A DNA stretch of 22,915 bases, taken from positions 1-22,915 of the forward strand of contig JAYUUO010000281.1 of NCBI GenBank assembly GCA_043754515.1, given 5' to 3'. This stretch comes from Armatimonadota bacterium. GTDB lineage: Bacteria; Armatimonadota; Armatimonadia; Armatimonadales; Armatimonadaceae. Below are positions 18,044 through 22,915 of this stretch, piece after piece (position 1 is the stretch's first letter; the number at the start of each line of letters is the position of its first letter). Both the position numbers and the translations under genes were made by a program. The notes beneath the pieces are model-generated. The model made no database searches, was not told where the DNA came from, and was given only the letters and a program-made list of their open reading frames with translations.

Positions 18044-18917
18044 GGAGGCCCGCCGAAGACGTTCATATTCCACAGTTCGGCCAGAGTGTAGTCTTTCAGC
18101 CACCCCGTCAAATCTTCTTTCTGATCAGCCCACTGAACCAACGCTTCTCCGTCTTCCTAAGTCGAACACCAGTGCCTCGTTTGGTAGCAAGAAACTTAGT
18201 AGCCTTTCCGAATGGGTTGCTACGATGATCTACGCCCTTCGCGACGTTTCGCGTAACAACCCTGCCAGCATTTAGAGCATCGCGGGATGGAGGCTGACAT
18301 CCGGCTCGTCAAAAACCAGTATCTCCGGCAACTCCTCGCTAGACAATATCGTGCAAAGCCAGAGAAAACGTAAAGTGCCTTCCGATAACTCGTTTATGTA
18401 AAAAGGCTTGCCAAAAGCACCCTCCCGCCATGTCAGGCTTATCCTCCCGGAAGCAACGGCGGGAAACCGCATCTCTACGAAATCGGGCAAAACAGCCCGT
18501 AAAGCATCCTCGACCGCCTCGTCCCGTACCGGGTTCGACTCGCGAAGGTTATACAACGCGGAGACAGTCTCGTCACCATCGGGCCTGGGCGTTTTCACCG
18601 GCTCAATGGACTGTGGCAACTTTATCGGGCTGTTGGTACCGACATCTAAATGCCCGTACGAGGCGAACGAAGCAAGCTTGCGGCGAAATGCCTCGGGTCG
18701 CGCGTACATTTTCGGCACCTAATTCGGATAGACAACTACGAGGGGCTCCCTGAGACGCCCACGCGATCAGAGAAAAGACCTCCAGCAACGAACTCTTACC
18801 GGTCCCGTTCGCGCCAATCATAACGGCTAGCGGGCGGTCCGTAAAGTCTATCGTGACCCCACCAAGCCGACGGAATCCGCTCACTGATAGCTTGCTGATG
18901 CCCGCGCCTTGTGCCAT
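18040..18917 (-). pseudogene. Decayed ABC/AAA_21-type ATPase
   Basis: Has Walker A IGANGTGKSSLL, signature ELSEGTLRFL, Walker B/D-loop LVFDEPDVSLHP, H-loop IIVATHS and C-terminal YTLAELWNMNVFGGPP*. Lesions are a deletion/frameshift near 18715, stops at 18272 (TAA) and 18230 (TAG), and a frameshift near 18156. Confidence 0.85.
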
Positions 18918-18946
18918 GATGTTTCCCCGATCGGTTTGACACGTGC

Positions 18947-18974
18947 TTGCCCGCGCGGCTACTCGCGCGGGCAA
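18947..18974. other. GC-rich hairpin immediately after the rpoB stop, without a U-tract
   Basis: TTGCCCGCGCG (18947-18957) pairs with CGCGCGGGCAA (18964-18974) around a 6-nt loop. Confidence 0.6.
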
Positions 18975-18985
18975 ACGACTCGCCG

Positions 18986-22504
<3,519 letters not shown>

Positions 22505-22767
22505 GCACACCTCTCCTGTCTCGTTTGCTCGGGCAACCCCATACGGTTGCCGTTCGCGGCCAAAGCAGCGTCCGGTGCAGCTCCCGCGCCCATCATGGCC
22601 GGAAACAACAAGACGAAGCTGGAACCAGGGCCCTGTGGCCGCTGCTTCCATGTCGAAAAAATCAGATTGTGGAACGGGTGAGCAAGATTGGTGTTACACT
22701 CCAGACCAAAGAAAAGCTTCTTGACGCTGGCTGTCCCACGCCAGCCCATCTTGGCTGACCGCTCCCA

Positions 22768-22796
22768 AGTATGAGGGTTCGGCAAGCCAGTGTCAA
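22768..22796 (-). promoter_or_regulatory. Sigma70-type promoter of rpoB
   Basis: Minus-strand TTGACA (22796-22791), a 17-nt spacer and CATACT (22773-22768) imply a leader of about 255 nt. Confidence 0.7.
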
Positions 22797-22844
22797 GTCG
22801 CCCCTTCAGGGGGGGTGTATCTCACTGAGCTGGGATACTGTGGT

Positions 22845-22915
22845 GTGACTGAAGATGCCTTACGAGCAGTTGTCGAGAAGCACGTCAAGACCCTTCTGGA
22901 GCGGAGCGAGGGGCA
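22845..22915 (+). CDS. Possible start of a divergent, leaderless gene cut by the window edge
   Basis: GATACT (22834-22839) precedes GTG 22845, which reads MTEDALRAVVEKHVKTLLERSEG open to the window end. It is too short to identify. Confidence 0.3.
   Translation, partial: MTEDALRAVVEKHVKTLLERSEG

Noticed and set aside
2729..18274. Stop-codon reassignment or programmed read-through explaining the in-frame stops
   Set aside because: The stops are a mix of TAG, TGA and TAA and co-occur with frameshifts and deletions. All three codons also end genes normally here, and TGG is used for Trp.
22505..22651. 49-aa N-terminal extension of RpoB in the ORF track
   Set aside because: Homology begins at MNSRIERFG and an SD precedes ATG 22504, so the extension is leader sequence.

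Overview
This GC-rich bacterial window appears to join DNA from two lineages. Bases 1 to about 19.3 kb look like an Armatimonadota-type chromosome region, probably near oriC. In order it carries: the 3' end of an IS200/IS605-family tnpB with its right end/omega-RNA, a Uma2 nuclease, gatC and gatA split by a 3 kb accessory block (PEP-CTERM gene, decayed GH74-like glycosidase, two MITEs), three parS sites, an HNH nuclease, a Uma2 pseudogene, a HisN-like phosphatase, purB, a DUF433-like gene, a PA-IL-like PEP-CTERM lectin, a secreted protein, rpoC, and a decayed ABC-ATPase + TOPRIM-like pair between rpoB and rpoC. From about 19.33 kb to the end, rpoB and its upstream region read as Deinococcus-like. 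rpoB is therefore an in-frame chimera joined in the ultra-conserved [22 protein letters not shown] motif; this is most likely a misassembly, and would be remarkable if real. Other points: two parS sites form the hairpin between convergent genes, related ISAs1-type MITEs lie upstream of both gat genes, many genes appear leaderless, and accessory genes are eroded while housekeeping genes are intact. Family and taxon calls come from motif recognition, not database searches.
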